Origin: Oopsacas minuta
Lineage: Eukaryota; Animalia; Porifera
Direction of reading: 5' to 3'
DNA: 64,000 nucleotides
Assembly: GCA_024704765.1 (NCBI GenBank)
Contig: JAKMXF010000332.1
Coordinates: forward strand, 834,792-898,791
The notes below the pieces were generated by a model. That model was not told the origin of the DNA. It saw only the letters and a program-made list of their open reading frames with translations, and made no database searches. Shown piece by piece: positions 40,819 to 52,400 of this stretch. A program made the translations under genes and the position numbers. The first letter of the stretch is position 1. Every line of letters starts with the position of its first letter.

Positions 40819-43650
40819 CACGGGTCTCTCAGAAAATCATATTGATCGAAAAAACGAGGTCCTTGAGATTTTCCATGATTCTTGTGTAGAATTTTGCGTA
40901 GAATCCGATTCTGTTGCCAAAAAAATATTTCTCACACAAATTTTTGAGTTATTTTCTATTTTTTTGTAAAAAACAATTTTTTAGTTCCCATTTTTATATG
41001 TTGTCGGGTTGCTAATTTATCATATTAGAATCATCGTTATCACTCATACATTGAATATAATACATCCATCAGTCACATATAGAATAAATTAAGTACTTAT
41101 AAAATTAACGAAATTAATTTCCTTGACAGCATTTAGTAGGTTTTCGCCGTAATTTTCTAGAGACTCGCTACATTGATAATTTCTCCAAACTTTGATGAAT
41201 CGAGAATGAGCTGATTCAGCTGCCTGCTCTGAAACGGCGCCCAATCCCATACCAACTGGAAGGAATTTGGTGATAAATGGGATAACATGTCTGCACACTA
41301 TATGGACTTTTGTTGAACAATTCAGCCCAGTTAATTTGAATGCTTCTTCAAATTGAAATATCGCCAGTTTGTAATCACCTTGTATCTTTTGCCCAAAACA
41401 TGTCCTCACTACCTCTGAAAATCGCTTTAAAGCAATGCTGGATGAGTTGCTAATTGGAAAACCAATCTGCTCAACCATCAATGTAATTTTCCGCATTGCA
41501 TTACCTTCAAATGCGCCTCCATGGTAAGAACTTCGAGATATGTTATTGTGCTTCAGTAATAATTCATGTGTAACTAACTCTTCTTCAGACATTGTAGCCA
41601 CGATCGCATTGTACAACTTCTGACCAACCCCTAACAAAAGATGTAACTCGGGAATATTGAACATCTGCATGTAGTCAACCATCCATACACCAAGAGCCTC
41701 CATATCTTCTACACCATCACAGTCAATCGCATGATTCTTTGAGTCGGAGTTATATTCTTCACACAATTTTTGGTACATCTCTGCATGATGTGCTGATGAT
41801 CTTGATTTGAATTCGACATGATCCAATCTACTTTTAGCATCCCATACACACCAAATGCATGGGTAACGTCCAAGCATAATACCCAGACAGAGAGCAGCGG
41901 CTTTGAGATCAAAGGTAAAAGATACGTTGTACTCATGAATAAACTTTTGAATTTCCGGGGCATTCAGTATTATAGAAAAATTGTAATTATTTTCAGGAGC
42001 ACTTGATACCCATAAGAAGATTAGATTTCGCACAGAATTTTCCAGTTGTAGACACATGACAAGCTTAGTGAACCCACAACCATAATCAAGGCCAAGCTTA
42101 AAATTGAAACTGTAAACTGAAGACTCTCCGCTAATGTTGTAGACTTTTTCTATCAGTTTGTCGATGTTGCAACAGCGTACGACCCAAGTCTTTCTGATAT
42201 CAGAGGAATACTTCTCTTTGCTCCATTCCAGATCTAATTGGACGCATTCGAATATATCATCACAATATTGTTTCCGTTCGTCGTAATAGTCCTTCATTGA
42301 TGGACAGGCCACGCCAGCATCCCTTATTACTTTGGTTACAGCTTTTAGTTGCTTGTTACTCATTGCTCCGCCAGTGCATTTTATCTGTGCGATGTCAGAG
42401 AAATCCATTTTGGGCATTTTGTGTTGAGGTAACTGGTCCAAATTACCAGGAAGCATATGAATTGGATGGCCTCCCGATGGTCTAGGTAACGTTATACGCG
42501 AGTCCTCACTTGCACTGCGGAATTTTCGTAAGATTTCGGAACATACGACAGGTTCAATAGAACGTTTTCGTGCTAACAAAAATTGGCTATTATTTACCAA
42601 AGAAGTTTTGAGCAAGTATGCGGAAATCCGGGACTTATTGTGTTTAAACACTTACTACAAAGGTTAAGAACCTTTTTGGGAGAGTTGATCGCAGGACGTC
42701 CAGGTTTTTCGTGGAGAATTTGCAAAGAAGCACGATTTCTAGGTCCAAATCTCGAACTTTCCATGCACATTACACAGGTATTGACTGAACTACACGTATT
42801 CAAGCGAGTATTTCGTATAATTGGCCAATTGAATCGAACAGGAATTTCCCTTGAAGTATCATCATGCATTGATCGATTAACCAAATAGAGCTTGCAAGTA
42901 TTGCACAAAACATTTGGCCAATTATCGTCCATCGGATCGATTGGCTCGAAAAACTTCGAATATTGCTCACCCAAATGAGTAGAAATAAGGCTATTGTTTT
43001 TAATAGTTATCTTCCCAACTTTAATACAACACCAACGACAAATTTTGTCTTTTGCAGACTCGTGCTTACTCATAAATACCAACAGTAGAAATAGATATCA
43101 GAACAATTATGTATCAGAAAAATTATATAGAAAATGAGTACAAGCATTCTTTAAATAGTTTTTCTATGCAAACAGATATTCGTTAAACACCTTTAATTAC
43201 TAATTATCACTGAATGGAAACTACTTAAAAGTATTCAAAGGACTCGATTAGGTGATTAATGACGTGCAATCAAACTATTGTTACTATTGTTAAACTATTC
43301 GAACCTGATACCATACAGAAAAATGAATGAGAAAATAGAATAGAATAAAACCGCAATACTATTGAAAATTCTAAGTACATGCAGATGTAAACAACAATGT
43401 CTAAGCATATCATAATAATATCTGATTGCCAATGGTGATGCATCTGCCATCGCTGTCATGACGAGAATCTAAAATATTCGAATTGTAAAAAATTATTTTT
43501 TTACAAAAAAATAAATTTATCGAAAAAATTTGTGTGGGAAATATTTTTTTGACAACAGAATCGGATTCGACGCAAAATTCTACACAAGAATCATGAAAAA
43601 TCTCAAGGACCTCGTTTTTTCGATCAATATGATTTTCTGAGAGACCCGTG
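40819..43650 (-). mobile_element. Chapaev-like transposon with RAG1-like motifs, ~127-bp TIRs starting CAC, 5-bp TSD atagg
   Basis: TIRs 40819-40945 and 43524-43650 differ at 4 positions. The filled site gtga-atagg[element]atagg-gtacg compares with the empty site gtga-atagg-gtacg in the other MULE arm (reverse complement of ~40081-40094). Confidence 0.88.
41089..43073 (-). CDS. Chapaev/Transib/RAG1-like transposase (~661 aa if one frameshift at 42606-42609 is repaired)
   Basis: N-terminal H-x7-CRWC and D-x3-P-x3-CNTC. Core GLDYG, TFDLK, YPCIWC, PELHLLLG, KVHIVCRH and GAVSEQAAESAH. Confidence 0.75.
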
Positions 43651-46600
43651 ATAGGGTACGTCGCCGCTACATGATATCCGCTAGCAAGTGTGCGCAGATA
43701 TACGTCCTCTCAAAGTAGTCGACTTGTTCGCCTATCTCAGACGTAAGGGGAGGTCCATTGCCACTTGATCAAACAGATCGGGTACGTCTGCTGGTCGGGC
43801 AAAAGCAAGGGCTGGTATCCTCCGGATGCGCATAGCCAACTCTTCGTCATGTGTGTAGGCAGACTGCACGAGTCGCCAGATATTCTGAGTGAGGTGGAAG
43901 AAGCAGCACTTCACCACTGTGTTAGGCCAGACATGCTCAAAGCTGGTAATCGCGCCCTTCTCAAAGTCCAGGAGCATCTGTTGAGGCTGGGCAAGTGGGC
44001 ACAGTAGGCGGATCTGTTCCCACATCCTCAGGTAGGCAGCCTCCGTCTTGTTAGGCAGTAGCACGAACACGCTCGGTAACAGATGACCGGTCTTCATAGG
44101 ATCATCTCCTCCACGGAGTCCATGCACCACATACACCTGGGCGAAGAGGGGAGGTGCCGTCTTGAAGGTGCCATCAGCTAGTCAGATCTTCCTTCGCTGC
44201 AGCATCCCGAGGTTGTGTTGTGTCCCGAAGATGAGGAATCTGTGTACATCGTCTGCACCAGAGTCGTAGAGTAAGAACTGTTCTCCCTTGGCTATCTGCT
44301 GGTAGACTGCTGGTAGAGCTAGCTCTGCTAGAGTGGTAGGCTGTACTGGCGCTGCAAGTCCACTAGCACGTTGGCGTTGTATTGTCCGCTTCAGGCTGTC
44401 CAGCTTGGGTAGTTTAGCAGCAGTAGCCTCTGATGCTGTCTGCAAACTCTCGCCCACTATGTGGTGTGCGCTATCCTGGGACTCCCGTGCTTTCCTCTTG
44501 ATGCCCAGCTTCGTCTCGCAGCAGCTCACAGCCTGCTCGTCAGGCGCATGAGTATGTTCACTCGTGCGTTTTACTATCTCTGTATCTTTAGTGTGAATTC
44601 TTGCCTTACAAGTTCCCCTCTCCTCGCACTGCCAATGCACCACATCTCCAATCCTCCTCTGCATAGTATACATATAGCCTCCTTCCATCAACTTGCTGCC
44701 TCCTCTGATTGTCCTGATCAACCTGAATGGTTGATCAGGAGCTCTGCCATTAGCAAATTAAATAATCAACAAATAATACAATAAAAATAGATAAATATTT
44801 TGTTTGAGAAACACTGATCTGAACAATGGAAGTAACCAATCATATTTATTGAATTTTGAAGCTTATTGACTTCATAAAACAGCTGACGATGTTTATAGAG
44901 TAAAGAATTTGATGACGATTACTTGGGTTGCATTCCTATTCGTGTATAAACATTATCAGTTGTTTCGAATTATTTGATTGAGGTAACTTCTGAAAATATA
45001 CTCAGTGCATTTAGGCGTAATACTTTGAACGGCTTTACAAGAATCTAAACTATAACTGGGATTCTACAAGGGTAGATTTCATAATATTTAAGGGGAATAA
45101 TTTAATTATAAATAATAATTATAATTGACCAATCAAATAAGTAGCGAGATGTCGGTATCCGGCTACGATCATGTCTTTGACTTTTCTAATAACAGAGGCG
45201 TCGGAAACCCCAACATTGCCGAAATATTACTTACCTTGCACTTGTTTATTTTCACTTGTGAAAGAGTCATGTGTAGATCAAATACGTCTATATTTGACCT
45301 TGAAAAGCATAATTGTTTATTCAATCTAACCATAAATAATATTACATTGGAGAATATTTTGTATGCAAATATTCAATTCTTTGGAACTTGCATTTTGTAC
45401 AGGGGAATGAAACCAACCTATATAAGGGCCAAAAAATATTTGCATATTTAGGTTGTTTCTAGGGAAGTTTTTGATTTTGGAAACTAATTTAATAAAGAAA
45501 ATAATACAACCATTTATGAATTACAGCCCTACCGGATACAACGCTTAATTGGAACAGAATATCGTCCATTCGGCTTATTAGGTTTTCTGTGGTTGAGCCA
45601 AATATTGAACTATTCAGGCTCACATAGCCTCCTTTATAGAAGCGCGAAGGTGGCGCGAACGAATGATAGGGGACGCATTACCTTGTGTGGGACTGTGGGT
45701 ATATATTATGTCTAACAACAATATTGAAATACACTGAATATTTATTTGCTAATATAGATATTTTGTGAAATACTATGGTTTCAATAATCCTGAAATTCAT
45801 TTGTGAAATATATCTTACCACAGACGGTGATTTGAGATTGAGTATTTTCATCACTAAATGTCACGAGAGTGAGAATTGGCCCATTTGCGACCTTGTAAAC
45901 CGGCTGAGCCATAACGAATGATGCGGTATATCTATAACCATTAATATAACATATCTGAATTTGGAGGATTTCCCGGCTCATGGAACACGACCCACGGTTA
46001 TCACATTACATTACTTCATAAGATTGGACGAGTATAAGATTTTAAAATTCGAGTGCTGCTGTACATTCAGTATTCCCTTATGTACCCAATTGGCAGATAG
46101 TGGACCTATGCGTAGCAGTCAGCCAATCTCTAAACAAAAATAGCTAAATTACCATCTTTGACAGCTGTCCAATATTTTCGAGCGCCGGTCGGTCAGCGTA
46201 AGACATGATTCTACCAATGGACGCCTTATAAAGAAAACCATCCATTTCTATTTAGAGTTCCATAGGGACTCCATTCCAATTTTAGCAAATTTGGGAATAC
46301 AAGTAGTTGTGCTATTTAAAGTTTCATCAATTTGCCGCGGCAAAAGTTATTTCGTTCCGACGCCGCTAATACGAACTAGTTCTACTGATTTGATATATAC
46401 ACATTTCGGTACAACTATAGAATCCGACACCCCCCAACTTGTTAATGCGGTCAAAAATCATTATATGCACCGTTCGAGAACTCGTTGAGAGAAGCTGATA
46501 GAACTTTAGAACTCAAAAATCCGATGAAAACCGAAGAAGTTAGAAAAATCTCCTAAATAAAACTAATCCTATGGAGAAAATTGTATTAGCCATTATAATG

Positions 46601-47251
46601 AAATAATGCTGATGATTTCTATACAAACTACCATAGGAATGCAAATATAATCAAACTTGCGGTTATATCAACGTTTTCGTCAGTTGATTGATTCTTTTAT
46701 GACTATATTAGTTTACGTAATTTGTAGTTATTGCTTATTAAGGACGGTTAATTTAAACCTGGTGTGGCCTGGTTCCCAAATTGGCGAAAACCTGGTCACA
46801 CAGTATATCTGGAAAACTATAATTCGCACCGCTTAGCTCTAAAAGGAAAAAGGTAGGTATTGGCGTCATCTAACCAAAAATACCACTTGGACCATATCCA
46901 GCTATCCTAACAATAGGTGTTATGCACCATTAATGTTGCTAAATACTCATCAAGTACATTTCAAAGATATCTTAACTAGGATTCATTTGTTGCTTAGAAA
47001 TATTCTGAATTTAAGAATTATCTAAGCTAAGCAGAACTGGCCCCTTTGCTTGTCACTTATCGCATTGGCTTCAGAAACTCTGGCAGCAACAAAAGGAGGC
47101 ATGCTACAACCTTTCGAATTAATATATTTATTCACCCTATTTTCTAGCTGCCAATGACTGGATCCAACTTAGTAATTCAGGTTGTAATCCAGCAAACGAA
47201 ATAACATCTGTTAATGACAAGAGGTAAACACTCTATATCTATTTAGAAATA

Positions 47252-47410
47252 GCATGGAACCTCGAATTACAACAACCCTTGGGACAGAAAATTACGGCCG
47301 TAATTCGGGAATACATTAATATTCAGGTCCAACGGAATTAGACTTAACAATGCGAACGGAATATCGAGGTGACTGCTATTCCAGGGTGGCCGTTAAGCTG
47401 TGTTCCACTG
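47252..47410. mobile_element. Short pogo/Tigger-like MITE
   Basis: ta|gcatggaacctcg ... gtgttccactg|ta; degenerate form of the cagtggaac TIR seen at 24600. Confidence 0.45.
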
Positions 47411-47714
47411 TATAGAGTACCTTTGATTTCAAATCCCTGAATCACGAATCCTGAGTTAAGAAAATGTTAATCCTAAAATTCCTTGAAAGCAAATATATGG
47501 TAGAGCTTGTAAACCCAAATATTAATATATCGTCAACATCAATACTTCAGGAATAGAACAGCCCGACAGTAGCTGTTATCAGCCAACGGAAATTGCAATT
47601 TTATTTTTAACAGCTAATAATAGTATGTTGTTAACAGTAAAAACAAATATTCTGTAACAACACTACTTAACTTCTAATAATGGCCGGGGTGATTATGTAT
47701 TTCAAGCCACCCTA

Positions 47715-48035
47715 TGATTACATCGTCAATGCAAACATCTTTAACAAAATTCGTCCAGTCGTCAACAGTATTCGCAGACCATTGCAATTGTTTCTCAAGA
47801 AATGTGCCTGACTGTATATCTTCACTCCAAAAATACAAGAACCGCAATAGAGAAGGAAGAGATAGATTCGAACCGCTGAAGAAAGACTCATAACGGAGTG
47901 AACAGGTTGTCTTACACGCTCTACATCTCCAATTCTAATTGCCCTTAGAATCGGTGAATGCACCTACATACACTATTGAGCCGCATCTGCACTGGACTCC
48001 TCGTGGTAATAAGCCATAATGCTTAAGCCATTCTA
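47715..48035 (-). pseudogene. Merlin/IS1595-like transposase, N-terminal fragment
   Basis: IEWLKHYGLLPRGVQCRCG...GN*NWRCRACKTTCSLRYESFFSGSNLSL..FLYFWS...TVDDWTNFVKDVC in one frame with one stop. Confidence 0.75.
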
Positions 48036-48486
48036 TAGTATTTTCCAGAGAAAAACTCAACTGAAAGAGATCAGAGAGTAAAAAGCTTGCTGAAAATGTC
48101 AGGTATAATCGAGGATTCAAGTAAAATTGTGTGGTCCATTGTGGTTTGAATGATAGTAGCGTATTACAAGATAATGTACGAATGGTCTTTATATACTAAC
48201 ATACATTACAACACATTCACTTTTTTGGAATGCTTTTTAGTTAAGAGACACAATTAAAGCTTAGATTATGTGGTTGTTTGTGGCAACATTTTTATTGCAC
48301 AGTGTAACTTGAGTACTATTTGTTCAAAGGAATGTAGATTTTCATTACTGACAGAAATTCATAGCGGAATCAAGTTACTATCAACGATTAACTATACGAG
48401 TAGTATGTACATTCAAATTCATATACTATGATCATTGAATTATTGGGAATTTTAGTCAAATCATACACAGGTATGATATAACCTAA

Positions 48487-48560
48487 AGCCCACCATACAC
48501 GATGCAATTTTGTTGCATACAACAGTTGCAATTAATCAAGTTGCATCGTGTATGGGGGCT
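48487..48560. mobile_element. 74-bp PIF/Harbinger-like MITE, TAA TSD
   Basis: agcccaccatacacgatgcaa / ttgcatcgtgtatgggggct, with TAA on both sides. A partial copy lies at ~54634. Confidence 0.65.
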
Positions 48561-49396
48561 TAACAATGCACGTATTCCCTATGGATATTCATTTAGTCAA
48601 TTTGAATAATATATTGGGAATCAGTGCTGGAACCCAATTTGCACAAACTACATTGTAACCACACTGACTTTAGTAAAGAATGGGTTAATTATGAGCAAAA
48701 TATGTTAACTTGGAACATGGGCGAGGGATGACGCTGGCAAACAAGGACATAGATCCATAAATTATGGGACGAATCTTAAAATCTTGTAATTTGGTGTGAA
48801 AATCATCGCTAAATTACCGTACATCATCGCAAATAATTCATAAGTGGGGGGGACACTTCTTCCTCCATCCCCCCGAGATTTACGCCCATGCTTGTTTGTT
48901 ACGCCACTGTGTACCAAAATACTTACTGTATAGCTGTACTGTTGACTGTGTGACTTGTCACAAACATTTAGAATCATTAAGTAAAGAAGCCGCATGGACA
49001 GATGTACTAAACAACTAATATGTATCACCAAAACAGAGTTAATTTTACGATATCAACAGTACTAAATGCATTTATCATTCATCTTAGTTAAGGATATGTT
49101 TTCTAAGCAACAAATGAATCCTAGTTAAGATATCTTTGAAATGTACTTGATGAGTATTTAGCAACATTAATGGTGCATAACACCTATTGTTAGGATAGCT
49201 GGATATGGTCCAAGTGGTATTTTTGGTTAGATGACGCCAATACCTACCTTTTTCCTTTTAGAGCTAAGCGGTGCGAATTATAGTTTTCCAGATATACTGT
49301 GTGACCAGGTTTTCGCCCCTTTGGGAACCAGGCCACACCAGGTTTAAATTAACCGTCCTTAATAAGCAATAACTACAAATTACGTAAACTAATATA

Positions 49397-50767
49397 CAGT
49401 GTGTTCGGAAATTATTGGGACTGATTATAAATGTATTCTACTATGAATTCATGACTCGTAGAGATTTCTCGTTTTAACACTAAGTTAAAATACATATAGT
49501 TGAAGAAAAACTAGCATTATTATCACATTCTATCAATAATTAATTTTTTTCCCAGCATTGTCTAAACACAATCTAATTCTTTTGGGCATTGAAGTGCAAA
49601 AGGGACGGAGAAAGTCTGGATCAAATGTTGCCCATATGTCCTGAATTGCCTGTTTTAGTTGGCTTACAGTTTTAGGATGAAGTACAATCAACCTCCTTTT
49701 CAAAACTGCCCACAGATTCTCAATGGGCGCTAGGTCTGGACTATTTGGCGGCCAATCAATTCTAAGGGGGACGAACTCCGTCTTCCACCCCTTAGCTGCT
49801 CTGCCAGTGTGCACAGGACTGTTATCCTCCTGTAAAACCCAGCTATCTCCGTATTTTGCGTTAGCCTCCTCAATAAGACACTCGCGAAGAGTGGAAATAT
49901 ACACCACCTGATTGAAATTTTCTGTGAAAATCCTCAGATGTGTAGTCCCCATTATCGAAATTCCACCCCAAAGATGAACTTTAGATGGATGCCTGAAGGT
50001 TGGCAGATGAACCGTTTGTCCCTTTTTAATCCACATGTTGACTCTTCCAGAGTCAAGCCAAACTGAACATTCATCCGTAAAGAAGGTCTTACTCCAATCA
50101 AAACACTTCATTTCTTTACACCAGGCGATTCTTTTGGAAATATGGAGGTCGGTGAGTGCTGGAACTCGGACAGCCCGCTTGCTGACAAAGTTTTGCCTCT
50201 TTACCTGAGCATGAAGAGTACTTATGGATACAGGAGAGCTCAATCTCGGTAGTATAGAGCGTAGAGAGGTCCTCGGATTGCTTTGATACAAAGCAGCTAT
50301 CCTTCTTTTGTCATTTGCCTTGATTTTTGAAGGCCGACCAGCACCCCTTTTGTGCTGAAAGCTTTTTTGTCTTTTATCAGATTCAAGACACGATATACAG
50401 TCTGCTTAGGTATACTTGTTCGCTGGCAGATATCCACTCCTTTGGTAATTCCTGCATTGTATAGTGTCTCTATTTGATTTCTGCGCTGTTGTTGGGTAGA
50501 GTGCTTGTACATTGTACAAAATATGCGGTCTTAGATGACGGAAATGGGGTCTCGAAATATATATAGGTATATTTGCTTGGAAATCACAATATTTCAGCCA
50601 AACAAACGAAATATTATGTGAAATAGCGAATCTATTGGTTTTCTAACAATTATAGGAAGTGTATATATACAGTAAGGTAAATGGTTGTATAATATGTGCA
50701 TAACCTGATATCCTTTATGGTGATTCAAGTTAATCATGAAAAGTCCCAATAATTTCCGAACATACTG
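49397..50767 (-). mobile_element. Tc1 transposon (DD34E), full length, transposase 49533-50512 with one frameshift
   Basis: 26-bp TIRs with 1 mismatch. The TA TSD is confirmed by the empty site in the other arm (~46702-46712). Frameshift in the T-run at 50363-50368. Confidence 0.95.
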
Positions 50768-52146
50768 TAGTCATAAAAGAATCAATCAACTGACGAAAAC
50801 GTTGATATAACCGCAAGTTTGATTATATTTGCATTCCTATGGTAGTTTGTATAGAAATCATCAGCATTATTTCATTATAATGGCTAATACAATTTTCTCC
50901 ATAGGATTAGTTTTATTTAGGAGATTTTTCTAACTTCTTCGGTTTTCATCGGATTTTTGAGTTCTAAAGTTCTATCAGCTTCTCTCAACGAGTTCTCGAA
51001 CGGTGCATATAATGATTTTTGACCGCATTAACAAGTTGGGGGGTGTCGGATTCTATGGTTCTACCTACTTTCAAAACTAGCACCAATCAGATTCGATGTG
51101 ACATAGAGCTCGTAAATTTTTGGTTCTATACTATAGGTTAATTTTAATTTACATATGAAATCCTTGAAATAGCTAAATTCGGATTCAGCGTACTTGATTA
51201 CCCTATTAAGTCTTTGTAGAACAAGTGTTTTAAACTATTTTACTGTATATTCATAAAAACAGCAATAAATTTGCATATGAAAACATAAGATACGAAATTC
51301 AGATTCAGCGTACGTTCTAACCCTTGATAGCCGTTAGAGGAAGCATGTACGTATATTTTGAGATTTTTTTATTTTGTTTACTTTACATTATTAAATCAAC
51401 AATAAATTTATATATTATTAATCCAAAGTGTGAAAACCATATTTAGCATGTTTGATACTTTCGTGCAGCTTTAATGAATTCTATTACTTCCTTGATAAAC
51501 ATAATACGTACTAGTTATGCGACAATTTCAAAATTGCATACCGTAAATTCTTTCCTTGATAATTGACAAATAAGTAAACAAGCAAACAAACAAACAATTG
51601 GACACTAATAATATAGATTATTTATGTCCACAAAGAATTTGTGTAAAATACTATTTACTGACTCAACTCCACTATAATTTTGAGCACTACACCACCCGTT
51701 ATACAGCTATAGAGGAGGCCTTAAAGGTATGACTGTATATGTAAATTTTAATCACACAAAATGTTACTTAAAATCGAAATGAAGGAGAATATTATTTGCA
51801 TTCATTTTCTATCTAAATGAAGTATACTCCGCTTGATGGAGTTGCCAGTTTATCGGATCATTTGACCAGAAACAGAACCATCCAAATAGTCATTTTACTC
51901 TAGTTAATCAGGTCACCACCTTTATTTCGCTTAATCTGGTCAATTAAGCGCAGTCTACTATATATATATAGTGTTGCAGACTTAAGTATAGTCAAAATTT
52001 CGAAAGATACAAGCTAGAATTATGCAATTATCAAACTTCCTGTCATTCTTTATAAATCTCACGCTTTTTGGTTCAATCCTCCTACCAAATATATAGCTAT
52101 CTCCCGCTTTTTGATAATTAGGGGTTGGCAGCCCTGCGTTCGTGGC

Positions 52147-52226
52147 GTAAGATATTACTATTGAACCCTAAATGGACGCTCTTTTTTTTAGTTTTTAAAA
52201 TTTTTTTACGCTTCTATTTCAATTAG
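52147..52226 (+). other. Probable 80-bp 5'-UTR intron of RPL39
   Basis: GTAAGA donor at 52147. Long T-rich tract and AG acceptor at 52225-52226, 18 nt before the ATG. Confidence 0.55.
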
Positions 52227-52244
52227 GATCATTACATTTACCAC

Positions 52245-52400
52245 ATGGCTTCTCACAAGTCTCTTCTGATAAAAAAGAAGCTTGCAAAGAAAATTAAACA
52301 GAATCGAACTATCCCCACCTGGATTAGAATGAAAACCGGAAACAAAATACGTTATAATGCTAAGAGAAGGCATTGGCGTAGGACCAAACTTGGCCTTTAG
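52245..52400 (+). CDS. RPL39: 60S ribosomal protein eL39 (51 aa; absent from the ORF track)
   Basis: [51 protein letters not shown]; start context ccacATGG. Confidence 0.97.
   Translation: MASHKSLLIKKKLAKKIKQNRTIPTWIRMKTGNKIRYNAKRRHWRRTKLGL

Larger units (their letters stand above)
40486..44750 (-). pseudogene. FLYWCH-MULE transposase, right arm, interrupted by the 40819-43650 element
   Basis: Reverse complement of the left arm over 39134-40440 with only a few substitutions. N-terminus YMYTMQRR..WQCEERGTCKARIH. Confidence 0.88.
37415..45161. mobile_element. MULE/Mutator element (7.7 kb) with 9-bp TSD gctacgatc, containing a palindromic duplication of its transposase
   Basis: Inverted termini (cgacatttcgctacttatttgattggtcaatt vs aattgaccaatcaaataagtagcgagatgtcg). 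gctacgatc lies at 37406-37414 and 45162-45170. FLYWCH-MULE coding sequence inside. Confidence 0.8.
46417..51056. repeat. Long inverted duplication / foldback-like structure: 584-bp arms (46417-47000 and 49100-51056 minus the Tc1) around a 2.1-kb spacer
   Basis: The arms are reverse complements; I saw 2 mismatches (tt vs gg at ~46781). Confidence 0.85.

Noticed and set aside
42594-42651. Programmed -1 frameshift joining the two ORFs of the RAG1-like element
   Set aside because: No canonical X XXY YYZ slippery heptamer; a 1-nt deletion or consensus error is simpler.
39134-44607. Palindrome as a pure foldback-read artefact
   Set aside because: One arm alone carries a 2.8-kb insertion with a TSD and the arms differ by substitutions. 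A read chimera would not give this, but reads should still be checked.
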